Position numbers and translations under genes: made by a program | The notes under the pieces: generated by a model | Told to the model about the DNA's origin: nothing | The model's input: the letters and a program-made list of their open reading frames with translations, nothing else | Databases searched by the model: none | Source of the DNA: Planctomycetota bacterium | GTDB lineage: Bacteria; Planctomycetota; UBA1135; UBA2386 | NCBI GenBank assembly: GCA_947501605.1 | Contig: CANMWZ010000001.1 | Location: 1-64,000, forward strand | Direction of reading: 5' to 3' | DNA: 64,000 nt | In this document: positions 17,580 to 28,556 of the stretch, piece by piece | Position numbering within the stretch: position 1 is the stretch's first letter | Layout of the letters: each line of letters starts with the position of its first letter

Positions 17580-18571
17580 CGGCATCCCAGGCCAAACCAA
17601 GTCCGCGCCTCACGCCACTGCGCGCCGACCTGCTGTTGCTGGTGTGCGCCTGCGTCTGGGGCATCAGCTTCCTGTGGCAGAAGCAGGCCAACAACTCGGT
17701 CGGCGCCCTGACCTATGTCGGCGCACGCTGCCTGCTCGGCGGGCTCGTCGTGCTGCCGCTGGCTATGCGTCAGCGACGTCGCAGCGCACCGCTCACGTCC
17801 GCCGGCCGCCGAGCGCTGCTCGTGGGTGGACTCGCTGCGGGACTGTGCATGGCGACCGCCAGCGTGTTCCAGCAGACCGGTCTGCAGTCGACGACGATCA
17901 CCAACGCCGGCTTCATCACGGGTCTCTATGTCGTGTTCGTTCCCTTCCTTGGCAGCTTCGCTGGCCAGCGCGTGCGCGTGCACGCTTGGTTCGGAGTGCT
18001 GCTCGCGATTGCCGGGATGTTCCTGCTGTCGTTCAGCCACGTGACCAGTGTGCGCGACTTCAGCGGCTTCGTCGAAGGCCTCAGCACCGGCGACCTCTGG
18101 GTGCTCGCCTGCGCCGCTACCTGGGCCGTGCACGTGCAGGTCGTCGGCTGGGCCGCGAAGCGCACGGATCCTGTAGCACTCAGCGTGCTGCAGTTCTTCG
18201 TCGGCGGTGCCGCGGCGACAGCGATGGCACTTGCCTTCGAAGGCCCGACGATTGCGGGGCTGCAAGCAGCGGCGACCCCCATCGTCCTCAGCGCCGTCTT
18301 CGCTGTCGGCCTCGCGTTCACACTGCAGGCGATCGCACAAGACGTCGCGCCGCCAACGCACACGGCGATCCTGCTGAGCTTGGAGAGCGTGTTTGGTGCT
18401 CTGACCGGCGTGATCTGGCTCGGCGAGGAAATGGGCGCGCGGCAGTTCGCCGGCGCGGGCCTGATGTTGGGGGCTGCGCTCGTCGCTCAGTGGCCGACCA
18501 AGGCGCGGTATGCAAACGCAGCGACGAGTGCCACCAGCGGGGCGACCACGGCAAGCACCAGCAGCCGATAG
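17576..18571 (+). CDS. DMT/EamA family transporter
   Basis: About 10 TM helices; VWGISF, AGFITGLYVVFVP, GDLWVL, ILLSLESVFG; ATGA overlap with the upstream gene. Confidence 0.9.
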   Translation: MTASQAKPSPRLTPLRADLLLLVCACVWGISFLWQKQANNSVGALTYVGARCLLGGLVVLPLAMRQRRRSAPLTSAGRRALLVGGLAAGLCMATASVFQQTGLQSTTITNAGFITGLYVVFVPFLGSFAGQRVRVHAWFGVLLAIAGMFLLSFSHVTSVRDFSGFVEGLSTGDLWVLACAATWAVHVQVVGWAAKRTDPVALSVLQFFVGGAAATAMALAFEGPTIAGLQAAATPIVLSAVFAVGLAFTLQAIAQDVAPPTHTAILLSLESVFGALTGVIWLGEEMGARQFAGAGLMLGAALVAQWPTKARYANAATSATSGATTASTSSR

Positions 18572-19890
18572 AACGCGCGGTCCATCATTCGCTCGCTGCT
18601 GGCTTCCATTTCCCCCACCACAGCCTGCATGGTGCTGGCAGGCTGGCTCCACGCCGGCGAGCTCAGTAACCGCTCGATGTGGGCGGTGAGTTGCGTCAGC
18701 CCCTCCGCGGTCAATGCGGTCTGCACGGCGGCCGCCTGATAGGCCGCGATCGGATCGGGCTCGGCTTCCGTCGCGGCGGCTTGCGCATCGGACGGGGCGA
18801 CCACGCGGTCGGCCAGCGCCTGAGCCGCCTTCAGCGTCGTGGTCACCGACACCGCCAGGCGGTCGCTGGCTTCGATCGTCGCATGCAGGTCCTTGAGCGT
18901 GCTTCGTAGACTGGTCTGGCTCTCGCCGAGTTCCCGACTCAGGCTCTCACGCTGCGCCGTCAGTCCGCCGAAGAACTCCGCCATCGCGGCCTGTCGCTGT
19001 GTGCCGATGTTGTCCGGCAACTCCTCTACGGCAACGGAAACGCGATGTGCCGCGACGGAAATGTTGGTCATCGACTCGATCGACTGCTGGATGGCAGGAT
19101 CGCGCACCATGTTCTGGACCGCCAGTTCGCACTCCCAACGAAGCAGCGTCGGCGCCCGACTCGCATAGAAGAACACGCGTTCCGCCAGCAATCGCGACTG
19201 CTGCATCTCCTGCGCAGCGGGATCGAGAGAGGCCAGGGGATCGAGCCCAAGGCTCGTGAACAAATTGCTGGCGCGCTTGCCAGTCTCCGACTGCTGCCTT
19301 TGACCCGCGGAGTTCTTGAGCCGAATCGTCGCCACGTAGCGTTGGCCCGGATTGCTCTCGAACCAGTCGGAGATGCACCCGTCCAAGTCCGCGATCTGGT
19401 CTTCGGTCAGCGCCCGCCGGGCGATGCCGCGGAGTTGCTGCTCCTGGGCGCCATAGACCCGGATCAACTCCTGCGTGGCGGCGGCGCCAAAGGTCGCAGC
19501 GCCACCGGTCAGCAAACTCGCCACCAACCCACGGCGCTCGAGGTTGACCATGGTGATCAAGTCCGCGAGTCCGACCAACGGGTTGGGGCTCGACGCAATC
19601 GTCAAGGCCGAGGAGACAGTCGCAAGCCGACGCACCTGCGACAGGCGCCGCGCCGTGGCGTACGCGGTCTTCGCTTCTGGACGGTCGCCCGCGACCGGAG
19701 CCTTGGGCACCGCGCGGTTCCAGGCCTCGTTCATTACCGCCATGTAGGTGTCCACGAAGGACATGACTTCGGACTGGACCTCGACGGCCGTCACGCCTCC
19801 AGGCCCGTGCCGGACCACAGTCCCTCTCCCGGTTCCGCAACTGCAAAGGCAGGCGCACAAGAACAGCAACAGACTGGGCGAGGCTCTCAT
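18487..19890 (-). CDS. Hypothetical lipoprotein, helical/coiled-coil, with C-terminal TM helix
   Basis: Cys-containing signal peptide (LCACLCSC), long helical body, C-terminal hydrophobic LLVLAVVAPLVALVAAFAYR. Confidence 0.7.
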   Translation of the reverse strand: MRASPSLLLFLCACLCSCGTGRGTVVRHGPGGVTAVEVQSEVMSFVDTYMAVMNEAWNRAVPKAPVAGDRPEAKTAYATARRLSQVRRLATVSSALTIASSPNPLVGLADLITMVNLERRGLVASLLTGGAATFGAAATQELIRVYGAQEQQLRGIARRALTEDQIADLDGCISDWFESNPGQRYVATIRLKNSAGQRQQSETGKRASNLFTSLGLDPLASLDPAAQEMQQSRLLAERVFFYASRAPTLLRWECELAVQNMVRDPAIQQSIESMTNISVAAHRVSVAVEELPDNIGTQRQAAMAEFFGGLTAQRESLSRELGESQTSLRSTLKDLHATIEASDRLAVSVTTTLKAAQALADRVVAPSDAQAAATEAEPDPIAAYQAAAVQTALTAEGLTQLTAHIERLLSSPAWSQPASTMQAVVGEMEASSERMMDRAFYRLLVLAVVAPLVALVAAFAYRALVGH

Positions 19891-20411
19891 GGCGCAGATT
19901 GGCACGACAAACGAGAAGGTGATCGGGAGGCCCGGCGAAGCCCGGTCACTCCATGCAGTTCCGCACCAGTCACCCAGCGAGCGTGATCGATGTCGCGCTC
20001 GCCCGCCTCGCGGTAGGGCGCAGGCTGCACGGAACACGCGCGATTTCGCCCATGGTGACACATCGGCCGACGAAGTTGGACAGTGGCGCGGGCGGGCATT
20101 GTGGTTGGCAGTCGCGCCCAGGCAAGCAGGTCGCGGGGCGATCGGCAGTGCGGGACATCCGATCACTCCCAGGCGATGCTCCCGCTGACGAAAACACGCG
20201 TCAAGGGGACGATGGTGGTGCGCAGCGTTCCGTGGTCACTGGTCGGTGTCGAGGTTGGCAAAGCAGCGCGAGGCAGCGCCAGGTTCCGCAAATCGCTCCA
20301 CCTAGAATGTCCTTGCCGCGGCCGCGGGCCAGCAAGACCCTCCCGCCACCCTGGCGCGCAGTCTTCGAGGGGATTCGACGGGACCTGCGCGACCGCCGAG
20401 ACCTCTGTCGC

Positions 20412-21143
20412 ATGTCGACCCTGCAGCAAACCACGGACGGCAGCGAATCCGACCCACTTGGCCTCGGCGCCTATCGCACCGGACCGCTGTTCCATGCCGC
20501 GTAGGCGGTCCTGGTCATCGGGCTCCTGTTCTTCGATTGGGATCCCAGTTACGTGTTCTTGGGTCTCACCATCGAGTTGGGGATCGCCATCCTGGGCAAC
20601 ATCGTTCGCACCTATCTCAGCCCGTCGGGGCTCCCTGCGGTACTGGCAACAGCGATCCACGTCCCCGCTCTTGTGCTCGCCGCGTTTGCGTTCAGCGTCT
20701 CGCTGACGATCACAGTCGCCGTGAGCAGCACCGAATCGGGATGGTCCACCTGGGTCCTCCTGCTGCTCTTCCTCGCCCTCTCGGCGTGCGGTGCCGTGCA
20801 ACAGTTCCTGGCGACGTCGGTGAAGCAGGCGCAGATTTTCGAGCGACGGAACGCCAAGTATCGCTTCGAGAACGGGCGCCCCCTGCTCGGCAGTGGGTCC
20901 CTTGCCCTCGGCCCGATCGTCGAGACCTGGCTGTCCCTGGGAGCCTTCGCACTCTCGCTCGGCCTCGCTGCGGTCCTCGGCGCCGCCTGCACCTCGCCGA
21001 CGGCTGCCGCCGCGACCATGGTCCTACTGTGCCAAGTGCGCCAGCCGATCGAGAGTGGGCGCTGCGCGCCAGCGCACCCGGTCCTGCGCAAGCCGCCACT
21101 CTCCGCCATCTCCCCTGTGGCCCGCGCCCGCAAAGATCGCTAG
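20412..21143 (+). pseudogene. Membrane protein gene interrupted by in-frame TAG (20502-20504); DUF6498-like N-terminus
   Basis: MSTLQQ...LFHAA*AVLVIGLLFFDWDPSYVFLGLTIE reads in one frame into ORF 20553-21143, which has several TM helices. Confidence 0.5.
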
Positions 21144-21212
21144 CCTCTTTGGCCCAACATAGGTTCGCGACCAGCCTGCGAGCCGCAACGTACAGAAGTA
21201 GGCCCAAGAGCC

Positions 21213-22793
<1,581 letters not shown>

Positions 22794-22926
22794 GGCCGAC
22801 ATCGCAAGGCGCGATCCCAATCCGGGTCGCGCCGCGCGCCGTTCGCAGCGCACGGTCAGAGCATGCGGCCACAGCGCGCCGCGGTGTGCTGCCCACCCGA
22901 CGGTCTCCGAGCTACCCTTTGCTATC

Positions 22927-23271
22927 GTGCCCGACCCCAAAGCACCCGTAGTCCTCTACCAGGGCAGCTTCGCCATCGCACGCGACCTCGAGAAGGTCCT
23001 CATTCGCGGTGAAGTGAAGGCCATTGTCGTTCCGCTCCCCGGCGGTTGAGGCGGTCCCAAGGGATGGCTCGCGGTCGCGAGCCAAGACCGGGAACGCGCC
23101 GAAGCGTTGATCTCGGCCTACGAGGCCTCGTTGCTCGGGCGAGCGGCGCCCACCGCCGCATGCACCGCCGACTTCTCGCAGGCCGTCACCACGTGCCCGG
23201 GCTGCGGCACAGAGTTCGAGACTGCGGGGCGCACTCGTTGCCCCGACTGCGGTCTCAACTTTGGCGGCTGA
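22927..23271 (+). CDS. Candidate selenoprotein: DUF2007-like domain with GG-U-GG loop plus CxxC...CxxC zinc ribbon; in-frame TGA 23047-23049
   Basis: MPDPKAPVVLYQGSFAIARDLEKVLIRGEVKAIVVPLPGG*GGPKGWLAVASQDRERAEALI...CPGCGTEFETAGRTRCPDCGLNFGG, 114 codons. Fills the gap between pckA and the ABC permease. SECIS-like hairpin follows the TGA. Confidence 0.8.
23052..23090 (+). promoter_or_regulatory. Bacterial SECIS-like hairpin
   Basis: Perfect 8-bp stem TGGCTCGC/GCGAGCCA (23065-23084) with loop GGTC starting 23 nt after the TGA; lower stem CGGTC/GACCG. Confidence 0.78.
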
Positions 23272-23304
23272 ACGCGGCTTTGTGCTGGCCGCCAGCACGC
23301 ACGC

Positions 23305-24279
23305 TCAGCGCCGTCGTCGCAACAGCCGGCGCACGCCTTCGTCAGCAGCCGCGCCCAACAGAATCACCGCGCCGACGATCGCGAACTCGAGCTGGTTGCC
23401 GCTGCCGACGATGACGATCGCCATGGCCAGGACCTGCATGAGCGACGAGCCGAGCACGACGCCGAGAATCGTGCCCTCGCCGCCGCGCAGCGCGACCCCG
23501 CCGAGCACCGCTCCAGCGATCGCATACAGCTCGTAGAAGTTGCCAAAACTCGACGCTCCCGCGGAGTTCACGTAGAGCACGAACAGGCAGCCCGCGAGTC
23601 CCGCGAGCAGCGAGCAGACGACGTAGGCGAGGATCGTCAACCGACCCGTCGCCACGCCCGAGAAGCGAGCAGCCTCCTCGTTGCGACCGAGCGCGAACAA
23701 GTGACGGCCCCACACCGTGCGTTGGAAGAACACCGCCGCGAGCACCGCGACGACCAAGAGGATCAGCGCCGACACGGGGAAGCCGAAGCTCGCGGTGATC
23801 GGGATGCGGCCGTTTGCGAGCCACCGCAGGCCCTCGACATCACTGCCGAGCCCCATGGTCTGGTCGTTGGTGAACCAGCGCATGAGGCCGCGGTAGAGCA
23901 ACAGGCCGCACAGCGTCACGACGAACGGCTGCAGCCGTAAGCCGACGATCAAGATGCCGTGCCACAGCCCGATGCCAGCGCACAGCAGCAGAACGAGCGG
24001 CAGCGCCAGCCACGGCGGCAGCGCGCAGTCCTTCAGCAGCCACGGCAGCATGCAGCCTGCGGTGCACACGACGGCTCCAATCGACAAGTCGATGCCGCCA
24101 GTGACGATGACGAATGCGGCCGCGATGCTCAGGATGCCGAACATGCCGACGCGCTGCAGCAGGTTCTGCAGGTTGTAGGCAGTCAAGAACGAGTTGCTGC
24201 CGTCCGCTTGCTGTGCGAGCAGCGTCGTCACGACGAACACCGCAAGCAGGAGACCGGTGATGCCGAGGAGCTTCTTCAT
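23305..24279 (-). CDS. Sugar ABC transporter permease (RbsC family)
   Basis: VIVTGGIDLS, LQPFVVTL, GRNEEAARFSG, YELYAIAGAVLGG. Confidence 0.93.
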   Translation of the reverse strand: MKKLLGITGLLLAVFVVTTLLAQQADGSNSFLTAYNLQNLLQRVGMFGILSIAAAFVIVTGGIDLSIGAVVCTAGCMLPWLLKDCALPPWLALPLVLLLCAGIGLWHGILIVGLRLQPFVVTLCGLLLYRGLMRWFTNDQTMGLGSDVEGLRWLANGRIPITASFGFPVSALILLVVAVLAAVFFQRTVWGRHLFALGRNEEAARFSGVATGRLTILAYVVCSLLAGLAGCLFVLYVNSAGASSFGNFYELYAIAGAVLGGVALRGGEGTILGVVLGSSLMQVLAMAIVIVGSGNQLEFAIVGAVILLGAAADEGVRRLLRRRR

Positions 24280-25784
24280 GCGACGCCCTTGCCGGTAGCG
24301 AGCGTTAGAATCGCGGCTTCGCTCATGCGCTGTCGCGGCAACTCGCCTTCCACGCGGCCTTGGTGCATGACCAGACAACGATCCGCCAACGCCAGGACCT
24401 CGGGCAACTCCGAACTGACGAACAGGACAGCGACCCCGCGGCCGGCAAGCTCGTGCAATCGCGCGTAGATCTCGGCGCGTGCCGCAACGTCGACGCCCCG
24501 CGTCGGCTCGTCGAGCAGGAGCACCCTTGGTTCGGCGGCGAGCCACTTGCCGAGCACGACCTTTTGTTGGTTGCCGCCGGAGAGCACCGCGACCCGCTGT
24601 TCACCGTGCGGCGTTGCGATCGCGAGGTCCGCGATGGCTCGGACACAGAGGTCGCGCTCGTAGGCGCCGTCGACAAAGGTGCCGCGCGCCCGCAACGTCG
24701 CCAGCGACAGGTTCTCGCGCACACTCATCCCGAGCACCAGCCCCTGGAGCTTGCGATCCTCCGGCACCAGCACGAGGCCCGCGCGCACGGCGTCCGCGGG
24801 ATCGTGCCCACCGAGCTGGACGCCACAGCACGTGATCTGACCAGCCACGGCGCGATCGACGCCGAACAAAGCCCGCAGCAATTCCGAGCGCCCCGAACCG
24901 AGCAGGCCGGCGATGCCGACCACTTCGCCGCAACGCAGTTCGAAATCGACGCTGGCGCGCGGGAACGCCCTGGTGCACAGGCCGCGGACGACCAGGGCCA
25001 CTTCGCCCGGAGGGTGCGCCGGGCGTAGCTGCGAGCGCAGTTGGCGCCCAACCATCATCGCAACCATGCGCTCGTGCGTGGCGTCGGCGCCAGCGATCTC
25101 GCCCGTGTGCTCGCCGTCGCGGAGCGCCACGACGCGATCGGCGAGTTCGAGCACTTCGGCCATCCGGTGCGTGATCCAGACGATCGCCGTGCCCTGCGCC
25201 TTCAACTCGCGCACCACCGCGTAGAGGCGCTGCGTCTCGGTGTCGGTGAGGCACGACGTTGGCTCATCCATGATGAGCACCCGGGCGCGACCGTGCAGCG
25301 CCCGCGCAATCTCGAGCAACTGCTGCTGGCCCGGCGCCAGGGAGGACACGAGGCGATGCGGCGAGACCTCGAGGCCAGTCCGAGCCAGAGCCGCAACTGC
25401 TTGCCGGTCCATCGCGCGCTTCCGCAAGAAGGGTCCTCGTCGCAACTCGCGGCCCAGAAACAACGCGCCAGCAACCGTCAGGTTGTCGCAGAGATTGAGT
25501 TCCTGATGGATCAGGGCGATGCCAGCTGCGAGTGCCGCCTTCGGGTCGGCGAAACGCACTTCGCGGCCGAGCAATCGCAGGGATCCTTCGTCGGGTTGGT
25601 GCACGCCTGCCAGCACCTTCATCAGCGTGCTCTTGCCAGCGCCATTCTCGCCGATCAGGGCCACCACCTCGCCAGCGTGCAGTTGCAGCGAGACCGATCG
25701 GAGTGCCTGCACACCGTCGAAGCGCTTGCCGATCGCCACCACCTCTAGCACCGGCGGGGCACCATCCTGTGCGCGACTCGTCAT
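24276..25784 (-). CDS. Sugar ABC transporter ATP-binding protein (RbsA family, two NBDs)
   Basis: GENGAGKSTL, IHQELNL, MDEPT, VPEDRK, LSGGNQQKV, LDEPTRGVDV. Confidence 0.95.
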   Translation of the reverse strand: MTSRAQDGAPPVLEVVAIGKRFDGVQALRSVSLQLHAGEVVALIGENGAGKSTLMKVLAGVHQPDEGSLRLLGREVRFADPKAALAAGIALIHQELNLCDNLTVAGALFLGRELRRGPFLRKRAMDRQAVAALARTGLEVSPHRLVSSLAPGQQQLLEIARALHGRARVLIMDEPTSCLTDTETQRLYAVVRELKAQGTAIVWITHRMAEVLELADRVVALRDGEHTGEIAGADATHERMVAMMVGRQLRSQLRPAHPPGEVALVVRGLCTRAFPRASVDFELRCGEVVGIAGLLGSGRSELLRALFGVDRAVAGQITCCGVQLGGHDPADAVRAGLVLVPEDRKLQGLVLGMSVRENLSLATLRARGTFVDGAYERDLCVRAIADLAIATPHGEQRVAVLSGGNQQKVVLGKWLAAEPRVLLLDEPTRGVDVAARAEIYARLHELAGRGVAVLFVSSELPEVLALADRCLVMHQGRVEGELPRQRMSEAAILTLATGKGVA

Positions 25785-25794
25785 CGGGTGGCGG

Positions 25795-26820
25795 TCACTT
25801 CTTGCCCGTCTTCTGCTTCAGGTCTTGCCAGAACGCAGCGACGTTGTCTTTGGTGATCTTGCGCGCCGGCACGTTCAAGAAGCCCCCTGGCGGCAGCAGA
25901 GCCGCGCGCTTGTGCGCATCGGGCTCGTTCAGCAGTTTGCCCAACAACTCGACCGACGCGCGACCGTACTCATAGGGGTTCTGCACCACGGTGCCATGCA
26001 CGTGTCCGTCGACGATGCCTTGCAACGTCTCACTGTTCTCGTCAAAGGCAACGACCTTGACCGTGCCGAGCTTCGCTGCCGACCGAACCGACTCGAGCAA
26101 CAACGGCGGCTCGTACTCGAACAGTCCGACGAGGCAGGCGATATCGCTCCACTTGCCGAGCGCATCCTGCGCGATCGCCTTGCACTTCTGCCGATCGAAC
26201 TGATCGGTGTAGCTGGCGCGAATCTCGTACTTGCTGCCCTTCAGCACCGCGTCCTGCGGATCGAAGCGCGTGCTGTCCATCGAGCGATCGAGCAGTTCGT
26301 CGATCAGGCCTTGGCGACGTCGCCGCGCGTTGTCCTGATCCAACGTGCCGACCACGACCACGATCGCACCGCCGTTCTGCAGCGCCTCCTTGACCAACTG
26401 CCCGCACATGCGCCCGGCCTCGTAGTTGTCGACTCCGACGTAGCACAGACGCTTGCTCTTCGGGGCATCGGAGTCGTGCGTGATGAGGATCGCCTTGTCG
26501 GCAATGCGATCGAGCAACTCCGTCATGTTCTCGGGGTCCTTGGGGCTGACGGCGATCCCGACGGCGCCGCGACCGAGGGCGTCCTCTAGGATACGCGTCT
26601 GCTCCTCAGCCGTCCCGTTCGGCGGCATGTGCACGGACACCTCGACGCCGGCTGGACCCTTGGCCGCCTCGACACCGAAGTTCGCGATGGTCCAGAACTC
26701 GGCGACGCAGTTGGTGATGAACGCGATCTTGGGCGCGCCCTTTGTCGACGACGCCTGCTCGCGGCCGCAAGCAGGCAGCCCTGCGAATGCGAACGTGAAC
26801 GCGATGAGAATCGTGCGCAT
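25795..26820 (-). CDS. Sugar ABC transporter substrate-binding lipoprotein
   Basis: Lipobox LPAC; THDSDAP, YVGVDNYEAG, VVQNPYEYG (periplasmic binding protein type I). Confidence 0.9.
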   Translation of the reverse strand: MRTILIAFTFAFAGLPACGREQASSTKGAPKIAFITNCVAEFWTIANFGVEAAKGPAGVEVSVHMPPNGTAEEQTRILEDALGRGAVGIAVSPKDPENMTELLDRIADKAILITHDSDAPKSKRLCYVGVDNYEAGRMCGQLVKEALQNGGAIVVVVGTLDQDNARRRRQGLIDELLDRSMDSTRFDPQDAVLKGSKYEIRASYTDQFDRQKCKAIAQDALGKWSDIACLVGLFEYEPPLLLESVRSAAKLGTVKVVAFDENSETLQGIVDGHVHGTVVQNPYEYGRASVELLGKLLNEPDAHKRAALLPPGGFLNVPARKITKDNVAAFWQDLKQKTGKK

Positions 26821-26825
26821 GGGAT

Positions 26826-27617
26826 TCAGGTGACGGTCATGCCGCCATTGACGGGAATGTCTTGGCCAGTCAGGAACGCAGCCGCATCGCTGCACAAGAA
26901 GGCGACGAGGCCGCCAACGTCCGCGGGTACGCCCCAGCGCCGCAGTGGAATCATGGCCTTGTAGGCGTCCTTGTCCGCTTGCGCGTCATGCTCGTGGCGC
27001 TCGACCGGGATCCAACCCGGCGACACCATGTTGACCGTGATGCTCCACTGCGCGAGCTCCATCGCCATGCTGCGCGTCCACCCGGTCTGGGCGCCCTTCG
27101 CCGCCACGTAGGCACTGAAGTTGGGGACGCCGCGACGGAAGACTTCACTGCCAATGTTGACGATGCGGCCAAAGCGCTGCTGCTTCATGCGCGGCAACAG
27201 CGCCCGCGTCAGCAGGAAGGGGCTCTTGACGAAGAAGTCGAGCATCGACTGATAGAACGCCCAGTCGTACTGCTCGATCGGCTTCAACGGCTGCGCCGGT
27301 GTTGCATTGACGATCAGCAGATCGATCGGTCCGAGCGACTTGGCGACGCGCGCACAGAGATCACCGACCTCGCCCTCGTCGGTGACGTCGCCGCAGAACA
27401 GATCGCACTCGATGCCGGCGGCCCGCAGCTCCTTCCAGGTAGCTTCGGCCTTCTCCTTGCCGTGCTTGTAGTTGAGCGCGACACGGGCACCCTGGGCGCC
27501 GAGCGTGCGCGCCATCGCCTTGCCGAGGCCCTTGCTGGAGCCGGTGACGAGCGCGGTGTGGCCATCGAGGCGCAGTGACGGAAGCTCCGACGTAGAACCA
27601 GATTGGGGATGAGCCAT
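26826..27617 (-). CDS. SDR family NAD(P)-dependent oxidoreductase
   Basis: TGSSKGLG, GRIVNIGS, YVAAK (YxxxK), VNMVSPG, TGQDIPVNGG. Confidence 0.93.
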   Translation of the reverse strand: MAHPQSGSTSELPSLRLDGHTALVTGSSKGLGKAMARTLGAQGARVALNYKHGKEKAEATWKELRAAGIECDLFCGDVTDEGEVGDLCARVAKSLGPIDLLIVNATPAQPLKPIEQYDWAFYQSMLDFFVKSPFLLTRALLPRMKQQRFGRIVNIGSEVFRRGVPNFSAYVAAKGAQTGWTRSMAMELAQWSITVNMVSPGWIPVERHEHDAQADKDAYKAMIPLRRWGVPADVGGLVAFLCSDAAAFLTGQDIPVNGGMTVT

Positions 27618-27766
27618 GGCGAGACCCTCGATCATGGAGTTGTGCCTGGAAGGAGCAAGAGCCCGACCGCCATCCGCGCCGCGACAGGTTCCACTCGCAC
27701 TTTCTTTCATCGCCTGGCGACGCTCCTGCGTAGGATGCCGCCCCTTTCCCCGAACCCCTGTTAGGA

Positions 27767-28321
27767 ATGCACTCCATGAAGATCCTCCTCGTCACTGCCG
27801 TCGCAGCCCTCTTGGCCTGCACCGCCTCCGCCCAGATCTCGGGCAGCATCAACCGCAACGCTCCGACGATCGCCCAGAGCATCTCGATGGGCGAGAACAA
27901 GCTCGAAGTCACCTACACGGCCATCCGCTTCGGCCAGGGCTCGTGGCAGAAGATCCTCGAGAACACGGCGATGCACGAGAAGTTCAACGCCTCGGCCGAG
28001 AAGAAGCCGATCGGCACCGTCAAGACGAGCTGCGTCGTGACCGCCGCAGGCAAGGAGATCCCGGCTGGTGAGTACGCGATGTTCTTCACCGTCCACGAGA
28101 AGGCGGGTTGGATCCTCAACCTCAAGCCGGCGAATGGCGAGGCGATCATGTGGCGCATGATGCTGCAGCCGAGCACCGAGAAGACGGACTGCATGAGCAT
28201 CTGTCTCGAACCGTCGGCCAAGGACGCGGTCTGCGCGCTGACGATCAGCTTTGGCGAGTCGCACGTGAAGGTCCCGGTCACTGCCGGCGCCGCGCCGAAG
28301 ACCGAGAAGAAGGAAGGCTGA
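27767..28321 (+). CDS. Secreted DUF2911-like protein
   Basis: Signal peptide (ASA-Q), LEVTY, GKEIPAGEYAMF...WILNL segments; strong host-like codon bias. Confidence 0.6.
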   Translation: MHSMKILLVTAVAALLACTASAQISGSINRNAPTIAQSISMGENKLEVTYTAIRFGQGSWQKILENTAMHEKFNASAEKKPIGTVKTSCVVTAAGKEIPAGEYAMFFTVHEKAGWILNLKPANGEAIMWRMMLQPSTEKTDCMSICLEPSAKDAVCALTISFGESHVKVPVTAGAAPKTEKKEG

Positions 28322-28358
28322 GCCGCTGCGGCCCGCGGGCCGCAACGCAGCGAACGAT

Positions 28359-28384
28359 CCAACGGGCGGGCAACCGCCCGTTGG
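28359..28384 (+). terminator. Perfect 11-bp hairpin with GCAA tetraloop (terminator or stabiliser, no U-tract)
   Basis: CCAACGGGCGG-GCAA-CCGCCCGTTGG, 38 nt after the stop at 28321. Confidence 0.5.
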
Positions 28385-28556
28385 CATTCACGGCGAGGTT
28401 GGTCGCCAACCCCAGTAGGGCGCCAACTCCAACAAGGGCAGCCCGAGCCCTACAGCCCAGCCACGACCGCCAACCAGAAATGGTCTGGCCCGCAGCGCAC
28501 AGACCGAGCCCTGGCATTGGGCGAGCCGCCATGGAGTGGTAGCGTCGGCGGTCGCC

